Part shown: positions 24,748 to 35,979 of the stretch, piece by piece
How positions within the stretch are numbered: the first letter of the stretch is position 1
How the letters are laid out: every line of letters begins with the position of its first letter
Source of the DNA: Lama glama
Taxonomy: Eukaryota
Length of the DNA stretch: 63,836 bases
Direction of reading: 5' to 3'
NCBI GenBank assembly: GCA_028534125.1
Contig: CM052816.1
Coordinates: forward strand, 86,740,001-86,803,836
The notes under the pieces: generated by a model
Seen by the model: only the letters and a program-made list of their open reading frames with translations
What the model was told of the DNA's origin: nothing
Database searches by the model: none
Translations under genes and position numbers: made by a program

Positions 24748-27504
24748 TATGAGGGGATTCAGGCCAGCTACACAGTTAGAGGCCATATTTTCCTCCATGA
24801 GACTAACTCTAGTAGCAAATCTAGGAGATTCCTGGAGCCACTGTCAGGTTCAACAATTTGCCAGAAGGATTCAGAATTTACTGAAGGTTATTACACTCAT
24901 AGTTACAGTTTATAACAGAGAAAGTATACAGATAAAATCAACCAAAAGAAGACACATAGGCTAAAATTCTGGAAGATTCCAATACAAGGATTCCATTGTC
25001 CACTTTCTGCATAACCAGGGATCCTGGAGGGGGTTGTTCTGATAAGCATTAACATGTCCTACTTTAATGTATCCCTTATATTCCCACAGTGGTTCCCATA
25101 GGGCAGTGTCCCATAGGGACATCCCTTTAATAAACAAGTTTTCTATTGTCCTTCTGCTTGACTATGTGACTAATCCATTGGCCACCATTCTTGAGTACAG
25201 AATTTAAGCCACTGAACTGATTTGTTTTTACCTTCTTCAGTCAGAATGCCAACCTTCCAAATAGTATGCTATCCATTCATCTTGGAAGTGACATCGATAA
25301 ACCAAGGAACATTTTATTGGTCACAAAGAGCTGTTCATAGGGCACTGCTCAAGTGGCCCAACTGACTAAAATATGACCAGAGTATCTAACATCACCTCAG
25401 GAGTTCCAGAGTCATCCCTGAGGGAAGAGGCTACCAGCTCATGAGTATCTCCTAGCATGCCCCCGGCAGCATGTTCTGAATAAGCCATTTCCATTTTACT
25501 ATGGAACTCATCGGCACTGTCTCCTCCATTAGCGTTTCTTTGAAATCACCCAAGAGAATATGGGCATTATAGGTTTCCAGATTATTTTATGTCCTTCATT
25601 CATAGAGACAGTTTTGATTATTTTTAACAACAAACTAGTAACTATTTCCCAAATGGAAATTTTCTAATTAGAAGAATCCCAGTGTTGTTGCTGGGTGACA
25701 CTCACAGCTCTAGTCTGCACTCCACACAGGGTTGTTGTACAGTAAATTAACAATCTGTGTGATTTCAGACAATCTTATGTGTTCCCATTTAGCATGTCCA
25801 ATCAATACTGGGGGAAGGTGGCTTTACATGTCTTCTGTTTTGCAATACTCAGTAGGAGGAGCATTGCCAGTCACAGTATTCTTTCTCAACACATACACAG
25901 GAAAAGAAAACACGACCACTTCACATAAAGTCTATTTAAACATATCAGTTTTCATCTAAATTTTTGCTTTAATTTTTACTGTAGCTCCCATTGGAAACTC
26001 ACCAATAGATTTTGGAACCATAATTCATGGGGACCCATTTCAAGGAATCCCAGAATTTCTTCACCTGCCTGACCATTTTACCCAATCATGTGCATATGTC
26101 TATAGCTAGGGGTGGGGCCAAAGGACCCAGGCCTACTTCTGAGCACTTACCTTGATTACATTTAGGACCATTGTCCCAGGAATTTGGAGGTTCAGTTTCT
26201 CATAGTCATTTTTGCCTTATGGCTCTCTAAATTTCTACAAACTAGGATTCTTAAGCAGATCTACTTCTGTGCATGCTATATTAAAATTTTGTTTTGACCC
26301 CATCAATATCCCTGTATTCATCCCATTCCTTAATAACTGTTTAAATATTTCCATCCTGTTGGGACAAAAATCTTGACTCTCCAGCTCCTCTTTACCCATT
26401 CTCTTACACATAATTCTAACTTTCTTCACTATCTGATATTTTAACTCAATTTATCCCATTAGTAGTGGCTCTGAAGTAGACGCTGATGCTCTGAACTGCT
26501 AGCATCCCAGTATGGCCCAACATCAGGATCCACCCCAACATTCTCTCTTATTTTCACTGTAGGTATTACAGAAAATAATAAGCAGGAGATTACATATATT
26601 GCTTATTTCTTGTTATTTGCATTTCCTTATAATCCAGGAGATAAACACCTCAGAAGTTATAGTCATCATTTCTAAATTCAATTGGTAACTTTTACTTCTA
26701 GTAACTGATTACAAGACACCTGCAATTCTATAAAATGGTGACCCTATAGTCATTCAGGAATCAGATTTGTCATCCCCCACTGTCTCATCCTCCTTTTTTG
26801 CAAACCATGTATTAATATGAGTCAGGGTCATTTTAGCAAATCTCACATCTAAAGTCAATGCCCAAATTGCATTGTTAACCAAACTGCAAAGTCTGAGGGC
26901 ACACAGTCCTCCAGAAGACTGACTTCACTTCTAACAACAACTGCAAGTTGGAAAATTTAAAAAAAACCACCCTCAGTCTTGACAATTCTCTAGGACTCAA
27001 AGAACTCACTGGAAGCTATTATTCTCACAGTTAAAGTTTGTAACAGGCAAGGACACATTAAATCAGACAAAGGAAGAGACACATAAGGCAGGATCTGAGA
27101 GGATTCGTGGATATTTTGTTGTCCTGTGGAGTCAGGACACCCTAGTTTAGGGTGCAGAGCGTAACAATATAGCAGATTGGCAAACAACAAGGCTCACTCT
27201 AGCCCAACTTTCAAGTTTCTCTTTGGTGCTCCATTAGGTGTTCATGATTGATTTATTGTTTTTCCATGTGGTTAACCTCAGCCTCCAGGTTGATTGATAG
27301 ATATGCATGACCCAAAGGCCGACCCTTAGAGCCACACTGTCAGCTTTCTGGCATGATCAGCCCTGAACTTAAGAATAAAGCAGTGTGGCCAACCCCATCC
27401 TAAGCAAAAGCACTCCTGATTAAGTTATAACCCTGACTACCTCCTAGAAGCTGAAGGCAGATGTCAGACCTCTCTTTGGAAAAGACCAAATTACGTACTG
27501 CACA
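24748..27504 (-). mobile_element. Deleted ERV-L-class provirus with MER77-like LTRs
   Basis: Two related LTR copies (partial 24748-~25000; full ~26885-27504), 5-bp TSD gtagg/atagg, internal minus-strand peptide SIVKWKWLIQ near 25475-25505 resembling ERV-L pol. Confidence 0.75.
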
Positions 27505-27744
27505 ATAGGTCTTTACAAGGCTTCAGACTGGGAGTTTGGTAGAGGTTTATATTAACAAACATCTGGGATGACAAGTTTGGTTCACAATACTGGAGCTCAT
27601 TCTAAAAATAACATAGCACTTTTATCATGCTTTATATTGGAAAAGATTTGAACATATGCAAATGTATATATTGTGTATATACTGGACCTATAGATAGACA
27701 TGAATATAGATATGGACATGATATAAATAGATATAATTTTTTTC

Positions 27745-27870
27745 TCCAGCATCTATATACAGAATTGATTTATGGAAGGTAAAAGCAGGAGTTGGACAGA
27801 TAATTAGGAATCCATTAATCCACTGCAGGAATCCCAGTGAGAACGGATGGCCAGAGATGGAGCAGAATAT
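27745..27870 (-). mobile_element. L2 fragment
   Basis: agaattgatttatggaaggtaaaagcaggag...taattaggaatcc...cccagtgagaacggatgg. Confidence 0.45.
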
Positions 27871-28694
27871 GTATTACTACGAGAACTATCTGAGACATGA
27901 TACTGATGATCAACTCTATATGTAAAGATAATAAACAGATTATGATATTATTTTGTACACACATTCTGTATTTTGTACATACATTGTGAATTATTTTGTA
28001 ATGCCCTAGATAATGTCATTAGAGTTTAAAATGGGACATTTTCTATGTAAGGAAAGTTTCCACTAGAGAAATTTATGCTAAAATAGCAGGTATATAATTT
28101 GTATAGGGTAGAGCAAATCAGACAGAAAATATCTACCCATCTGCATGCACATCAAAATAGCAGGAAAGTATACATCCTCACTCACACCCCTGGGCGGAGC
28201 TTGTTTATGCTAGTGTAGGGCAAGAACAGAAATGGAATCAGGCCGACTAGGAAAGTTTTCTTGGCCCACCGAGGCCTAATAGACAGTAAATGGCTAAACC
28301 AGGCATCTGAGCTTTTAAAGCTACTAATGTTGACAGCACATGTGGGGATCATGAAATGTGGGGTAGAGTTTGAAGTCAGAGTCAGCGATTATGGCCAAAA
28401 GTCAGAATAGAAGTAAAATGTTTATAAATTTTGTTGATGGTATGGTATCTCAGAAAGGATAGGGAACACAGGCTGACGCCTGGGAAAGGACTGATTCCTC
28501 TAAAGATGTGATAGAAAAATGCTCTGGTTAGAAATAAGAAGATCTGAATTTCTGTCCAGGATTCCCTGCTAACCTCTTGTGGTAGGTCATCTTTGCAGGA
28601 ATGATTAAGTTAAAGAATTCTACATTTGTATTCTCATTTTAAGATTGACTCATTTTGAAATGAGAAGGTTATTTTGGACTATCTAGGTGGGCTC

Positions 28695-29498
28695 TGATGA
28701 TTTTGAACTTTACCTGTGACCCTAGAGAAGAGTAATAAAGGAATCCTACACCCTTATGTGTTCTGAAAGACGGCTTACTGCAGAAAACCTCCCCTTCCCA
28801 TGTGACTTAGCTAAGATTCACCAATGCCCCCCTTGTTTACCTAGAATAAAGCCAGACACACACTCTCCATAGTGATATCATTTACCTCATAAATAGTTAA
28901 TTGAACTGTTCTGACCCTACTGATCAATCATAACAAATGTTTGTAAATCAAACTTCAGTTAAGAATCTCTCCTTCCTCAGGCCCCAGAAATGTGGCCACC
29001 CTCAGCCTGAGAAAGACCCCTATGGGGGAACGGGGTGGCTCCAGGGTATATCATTCTCTGGTCTACTATCCAGTCAGACCACCTTTTTATCCCACTTTCC
29101 TAAACCCTTTCATCTCACTTCCCTGCACTAAGTTCTTTCTAGTCTTGCTTATTCCTATCTATAAAAGAGAAATCTTAGTAGGAGAATAGGAGTTATAAAC
29201 TATTAGGTATAAAATAAGCTACGAGATTACATTATACAACATGGGGAATATAGCCAATATTTTATAATAACTATAAATGGAGTATAACCTTTAAAGTTGT
29301 GAATCACTGTATTGTATACCTGTAACTTATATTGTACAGCAACTATAACTCAATAATTTTTTTTTAAAAGAGAAATCTTATTTTGCTTGTCTCTTGACAC
29401 AATTGTAGATCTTAAATTTAGAACATTCTCCCTACTGGAAAATTATTTTCCAATAAAGCTTCTCCTTACCTAACACTGGATTTGTTTTTAACTTTACA
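28695..29498 (+). mobile_element. ERV1 solo LTR (MER34/MER39-like), split by an L1 fragment
   Basis: TG...CA ends, aataaagcttctccttacc...tttaca tail, TSD gctc/gatc. Confidence 0.8.
29178..29365 (+). mobile_element. 188-bp L1 3' end
   Basis: L1 3' UTR text flanked by a perfect 15-bp TSD aaaagagaaatctta (29163-29177 and 29366-29380). Confidence 0.9.
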
Positions 29499-30752
29499 GA
29501 TCAATGCAATCACATGGAGTCTTATAAGAGGGAGACAGAATAGTCAGAGTGAGAGAGAAGCTATGACCACAGAAGCAGAGGTTGAAATGCCATTGCACTG
29601 TACAATCCCAATCCCATGATGAAAAACGCATGCAAACACAAGCCTCCTCTAGAATCTGGAAAAGGCAAGAAAATGGATTCTCCCCTAGAGCCTCCAGAAG
29701 GAAGTAGACCAGGTGACACTTGACTTTAGCCCATTGAGACTTATTTTGAATTTTTCACTTACATAACTGTACAATAATAAATCTGTGCTGTTTTAAGCTG
29801 TTAAATTTGTGGTAATTTGTTGCAGAAACAATATGAAACTAATTCACTTCTTGTGTAAATTTGGCCAGATCACTCCTTAATTTCCTCACATGTAAAATGA
29901 CTACATTGAATAGGTTACTTTTTAAGGATATATTTAGGTTTAATCTTCTGTTATAATGTTGTGTTCAGGGCCAGGTGCCCAGAGTGTTAAAGCCAAACAG
30001 CACAATTCTGCAGATTTTGAATGTAGCCTTCAGAAATCAGGTATCAAGCTCTGGGAGAGGAAGATGGTTTGCTCTAAACAGGCAGGTAATATGACACACT
30101 GGGGGCAACGGGAGCCTTTAAATTCTTCTGTAGCGAGCTTGTATTAAGTGGAAAAAAAAAAAGACTAGTCAATCATGACAAAACACAAATATGGGATTAT
30201 ATGGGGCCAGAAGCAAAACTCAGTTACCAAGTAAACCAAACAAGCAACAGAAGAGCTCAGCCATAAAGATTGGGTGAGAGGTAAAAGCAGAAGCAGCAGA
30301 TCGAATGACTCTCCTGAGAAGCCATCCCCACTTTCTCAGGTTAAGAATTAGGTTTATCCCAGGGTCATAACCTGCCCATGGATTTAGGACCAATCCAGGT
30401 CTGAGCATGTCAGCCTCAGACACAGAACTCACATAGTTCAGGAGACAAAGTAATTTCCGAACTTTGTCAGGCAAATGCAGAGCTCTGACAGTGTGACAGT
30501 GTCACAAAGGCATAACCTTTCGTGTCAGCTTCTGACAAAGCAGCAGTAATTACCATAAATTTCCATTGAAAGATTTAAAAAATGTACAAGGCAATTACTG
30601 ATATTTTTAGGTTTTTCAAGAGTCCTAGGAGCTTGAAAACTACATAGTTTTATGAATAAAATACCTTCTAGAACACTAATATTTTAAATTATATACAATT
30701 ATATGTCTATGTATTGTAAAAAAGTTATGAGATATTTATGAAGTTATAAAGC

Positions 30753-31112
30753 TGTATTAGTCAGCTCAGGTGGCCATAACAAAATACCACAGACTAGGTG
30801 GCGTAAATCACAGAAATGTATTTTCTTACAGTCTGGAAGTTAGGAGTCCAAGTTCAGGGTGTCTGTGCCCGGATTCTGGTGAGGCACACTTCCCGAATCT
30901 CAGACAGCCTACTTGCTGTGTCCTCACATGGCAGAGAGAGCTTTGGTATCTCTTCCTCTATAAGAGCAGCCATATTATCAAATCAGGGCTCCACCCATTT
31001 GAACTTATTTAACCTAACATCTTCCTTAAATGCCCCATCTCCAATACACACGTCGTGTTAGGGCTTCAACATATAAATTATGGGGGCAGGGGACACAATT
31101 CAGTCTATAACA
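30753..31112 (-). mobile_element. MaLR LTR (MLT1A0-like)
   Basis: tgtattagtcagctcaggtggccataacaaaataccacagac ... ggacacaattcagtctataaca. Confidence 0.9.
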
Positions 31113-31957
31113 AAGGTAATATGCAAACATTAGACGTTAAAATGTATGTTTATTTATTTATTGTTAAACCTTATTTATTTTGGTGGAGATGGAAATGATG
31201 GATAAGTAATAAGAACCAAATTATTTACTTTCTTACTCTCAGGGGCAAATTCCCCATATTACGGCACATTTCATTACAGTCATATTTCTGTATATGTTGC
31301 TTGTACAAATAAAACTTTGAAATTTAATATTACAACAGGTATTTTTTCTATTATAATAAACTTTACTGAAATATTCATTTAAAGGCTTTTAAATATTTTA
31401 ACATGATAAGAAAAATTTTTTTTGAGTAAAAGCCATTAATGGTAGCACATTTTTTCATCTTTCATGTATCTGTCTGCTATCTTTTTTCCCAGATAGAGGC
31501 TAGATTAATATAATAGATCAGGCTCTCCCCAGAAACTATTCTCATCATCTGTCTCTTTATGTCACAGCTTCTCAGTGTATTCAGTGTCAATAGTTATCAC
31601 ACATGGGTCACATATGAGCAAAGGTACAGATCCCACTGGTACTTAGGCTTCAGGGTGGGTTCCAGACATATGGGATCTCTTGCTGGTAACAGCCATACCT
31701 ATTAATCCTAACACACTGCACACTATTCTAATTTTCTTTGTGTGCCTCGATCTGTACACATTCAGAAGGCATCGCTTAAGTCTCACATTTTAAGGATACT
31801 ATGATGAACACATTCGTGAGCAAAAGCATATTCAGTGTTTCACTCTTTGTTATTTGATTCCTCTAAGTAAATGACTGGATGGAGGGATAACAGTTTTCAC
31901 GTAAATGGTGCATATTGCAAGACTGCTTTGTATAAAAGTTGTATCGGGTCACACTTC

Positions 31958-32326
31958 CACTGTGGACTGAACTGTGTCCCTCCGACATTCATATGTGGAA
32001 GCCCAGTGTGACTGAATTTGGAGATACGGCCTTTCAGGAGGCAATTAAGGTTAAACGAGGACATAACAGTGGGGTCCGAATCCCAAACAATTGATTTCCT
32101 TATAAGAAGAGGAAGAGACCCAGAAGTGCACATGCACAGAGGAAAGGCCATGTGTGGACACAGTGAGAATGTCTGCAAGGCAGGAAGAGAGGCCTCACCA
32201 GAAACCAACCCTTCTGGCACCTTGATCTTGAACCTCTAGTTTCCTGAACTGTTAGGAGATAAATTTTGTAGTTAAGTCACCCAGCGTATGGTATTTTGTT
32301 ATGGAAACTTGAGCAAACGAATAACA
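31958..32326 (+). mobile_element. MaLR LTR (MLT1A-like)
   Basis: tggactgaactgtgtccc; gagaggcctcaccagaaaccaacc; ggcaccttgatcttg. Confidence 0.9.
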
Positions 32327-32393
32327 CTCATCAACAAACTATGATCCCCCTTTTTAAACATAGTTGCCTAATCTTGATGAAATAAAGATATAA

Positions 32394-32417
32394 AGAGAGA
32401 GAGAGAGCGAGAGAGAG
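32394..32417. repeat. (GA)n microsatellite
   Basis: Read directly. Confidence 0.85.
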
Positions 32418-32815
32418 GGAATGAAGAAACAAAGTTAAACAACTATAATACCTGCAATAATATATAATACCACACAAATTATGTGTGTGTACATGTGTAT
32501 GTATTTATAGAGAATTTTCCATAAATAATTTATTTCAAACCAATTAACTGTAATTACTAATTAGCATTAATTTTACCTGCATGACTTCTAAACTTGAGGA
32601 GTTTGGAACACTATTACTTTTCAGATGCACACTGTGATTGCCCAAGCAAGTAGTATTTAAAGGACAGATAACAACATGATTTTAGAAATTTATTCTTAAG
32701 CAATGATTAAGTAAATAAAGAGCAAATTTTGAGATTTATTTTTCAATAAAAAAAGTATAACATATTTTAGAAAAAGTGAACTGATTTTTGAGGAAATGAA
32801 TAGCATTCTCAAAAG

Positions 32816-32834
32816 CTACCAGTAGATGGTGTAA
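32816..32834 (+). promoter_or_regulatory. Candidate CTCF site
   Basis: CTACCAGTAGATGGTGTAA fits the CTCF core. Confidence 0.35.
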
Positions 32835-33255
32835 CAGGAGTAATCAAAACAGAAAACATCTTTGAATATTTTCTCAATACCACTCTTCAGTTTCTTTGTT
32901 AAGGAGAGTGGTTTCTTTATAGTATGAATTATTTTAATATAAGTAAGTGCCTACATAAAGTGTATTTCAATTTTCTCTACACTATTTTAAAATTGCCAAA
33001 ACTGATTCAAACATATAGAAAGAAAGATACGACACTTCATATCTTTTTTCTTTTTCATTAAGTTCTATGCACAAACATTTCAAAGTGTACTTGCTTATAT
33101 GCACGTAATACTTCATATAGAATATATGCATATATATATGTGCACGTGTCTGTTTTTGTTCTAACACAAGACATTCACTTTTATAAATCTACATTAATGA
33201 AATTCATATTGGTCTATGAGAAAACACTGCTTTATTATATTGATGTTTATAAATA

Positions 33256-33467
33256 CAGCCATACCCTGGTATCCACAGGGTGTTGGCTACAGGGGCTCCT
33301 ACAGATACCAAATTCCCGTTATGCCCAAGTTCCATAGCTGGCTCTCCTAGTTCCACACCCTGGATTCAACCAGCTGATGATTCTGTAGTACTGTAGATAT
33401 TTACTGAAATAATCCAAGTATAATAGGACCTTCATAGTTCCAACCCATGTTGATCAAGGGTCAACTG
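33256..33467 (+). mobile_element. Tigger-family MITE (MER8/MER2-like)
   Basis: cagccataccctggtatcc ... caagggtcaactg, flanked by TA on both sides. Confidence 0.85.
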
Positions 33468-34149
33468 TATATTGCTAGAATTGAATTAAACAATATATTT
33501 GTTATTCTCTTAATATCAGGGATTATATAGGTATCAAAGAACATATACATATTTAGGTACAGATTGTTTCAATTACAAAACTTCACAAATTGTCACACAT
33601 AGGTGTAGGTTACCACACTGAGAGCTAGTGCAAAATCTAAATAACACTGTGTAAAATATGAAAGAGTAACCTCTTGAACACTCATATATTCTACATTGTA
33701 TAACCATTGCCACAAAAGTTCCCTGTCTACTATGTGGCCTGGAATAATGGCAATTATTTAATGTGTTGTATGGAAGTAGTGTGACCATGATCATTTTTAT
33801 AACAGAATTTTGTTTAGCTTCATTCTTTTCGCATCCTTATTTTTCCCCATGGGATGCACCTCTCTTACTCCCCTATTAGGACATGTTATAGATCATCTAA
33901 GATTTGTGCTGAAAATGTACACAAGGTCATCCATTGCGATGCTCAACAATTCTTTCCAGCTCTCCATCCACCAACTCCTGTACAGAATCACATTTTTTAC
34001 CTCTTTTCTGAAGTCAAGTGTGGTCCCATGACCTGTTTTTGACATATTACTTTGTGGAGAAGATTAGTGAATCAGTATAGGATTCACCATATTTTTTACC
34101 TGCAGAATTTGAACTTTGTTAATTAAATAAATTCATATTTATTAATAAC

Positions 34150-34577
34150 ATAGGAGACTTCCTGGTACATCGGAAGCACTGGACCCGGTGCTCATGGCTG
34201 CCTATTACTTACCCACTAACTTGGGTTGAAAAACTTTGGTCAGGCTTCTCTCCTCCTCCAGGTCCTAAATTTTGTCTCACCCTAAGTTTAAGCAGGCACT
34301 AAGGTGGATAACATGCCCCTTAACAGCTCATTTGAAGAGTCTGCTGACCATCAGAGGAAGTATTTCCTGTTGAAGCACTTAATTCTGCCACCTGCTTATT
34401 CTACCTGCTTACCCTATGCCCTACAAAGTTCCTGCTAGTTCTGTTCGTCTCTGCCTGTAAAAGAAAGCCTTTTCTCTGTTTGATTTTGAGACACGTGTAA
34501 TCCTGATGTCATATTGTTCTCACTATTGTAAGTCTTTTAAAATAAAGACTCTCATCTAAGTCATGATTTTTTTAGCA
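34150..34577 (+). mobile_element. Old ERV1 LTR (MER34/MER31-like)
   Basis: aactttggtcaggcttctc; gtaaaagaaagccttttctctgtttg; aataaagactctc. Shares 3' layout with the LTR at 28695. Confidence 0.6.
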
Positions 34578-34854
34578 TATCATATGATTGTTTGCTATTG
34601 TTATCACCATCTATAAAAATTGCTCTATGATTTTTTTCATCTTTTAAAATATACTGATACATTTTGTAAAGTTGACACATAATTGACTTATTTCTATAAA
34701 CTTAAATTTATGCTGCTAGTGTGTATCTCATTATATGTAATTAAAACTGCACCTTTATAAAGTAAAACACTTGAAATTACTGGTGCTCAATTATTTGATC
34801 TATAGAATTGCCAATTTCATATGATTCAGTCTAAAATTTGATAACTGAGAACAG

Positions 34855-35450
34855 TGTGGGAGCCCATGATTGGGTTAACAAATTGTAACAGATCCCAGCC
34901 ACTTATCTCCTTAAAGAGGATGTGCTTAGTAACTGCCTTGAGGTTTTAGCAATGGCCCAGGCCCCCGGCTATAAACGCTGGGCGTGCCTGTGGTTAGTCT
35001 TCTATCCCCAAAACAGCCTTGGGCTGGAATGGTAAGAAGCTGCAGACTCAGAGGTGAGAAGGCTGGTTAGCCAATGATGGGTAAGATCCCCCTGAGGGGG
35101 CAACCTGAGACAGGCACAGCCACCTGAGTCCAGGAAAATATTGTCAGGCAGCTGACTCTCATACGTTCCGCCCTGATAAGCTGAAAGGCTCAACACGATT
35201 ATGATTCATCAAAAAGGGTCTTCTGACCTTGAGCCAAACATCAACAATAAACAAAGCCTTTGTTCTCATTGTGATCCCACCCTGTCCTTTCCTAAATTTC
35301 GGCATTCCTCCTTTGACTGTACTTAATAAATATGAGAGATTTGAGAGGCTCGTGGAGTTGGCTCCCGAATCCCTCTTGTTCTCTTGACTTTTCCTCAGTC
35401 TTGAGTAATTCATTCTGTCTCAGTGGGACTTCTGCTGGCCAGAACCCACA
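34855..35450 (+). mobile_element. Solo LTR with TGTGGG...CCCACA ends (ERV2/betaretrovirus-like)
   Basis: Perfect 6-bp terminal inverted repeats, CCAAT near 35070, AATAAA near 35246 and 35325, several CpGs retained. Confidence 0.8.
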
Positions 35451-35979
35451 ACTGGTGACGAAACTGCAAACAGTCCATTTCTTCTTTTTTGTATTCACAT
35501 TCCCTGGTTGATCCTGGTTTATAAAGCGGATTGGGAAATTTCTAGTATGTATTCATTTTTGCTGTTAATGTTCATCTGAAATTATAGATTTGAGAAATAC
35601 AAATTTCTTTAAGATGTATTTGATCTTTCATGCATATGTCAGGACTGTTTTGATATTTTGTTTTTCTTATCAATCTGTTAAAGTGTTCTACTTCATTTTG
35701 CCAAATTGTAAGGCAATGTAGAGATTTCTTAACAAACTCTTATTATTTGATTGGATAAAGTTGTACACTTTTATTCCTATTGCTTGTCGAAAATCATGCA
35801 TTTTCTCTCTCTTCCAACAGTTATCACTAAATGTTTCACAAAGAAACATCAATGTATCATTTATCAACATGTGGAACTAATTACTCCAAAACCATAATCT
35901 TAGCATTCTTTCTGTTACTCAAAACACCTCCTACAATTCATTTGATATCATATTAGGTGGTGTTTTACATTCAGATTGA

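Larger units (their letters stand above)
28578..29846 (+). mobile_element. MaLR LTR (MLT1D-like), split by an ERV1 LTR
   Basis: tgtggtagg start, ggattctcccctagagcctccagaagga, end gaaactaattca; TSD cctct/cttct. Confidence 0.85.
28510..29945 (+). mobile_element. MIR SINE, split by MLT1D
   Basis: 28510-28577 (aagaagatctgaatttctgtcc) continues at 29852 (tgtgtaaatttggccagatcact...tttcctcacatgtaaaatg). Confidence 0.65.
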
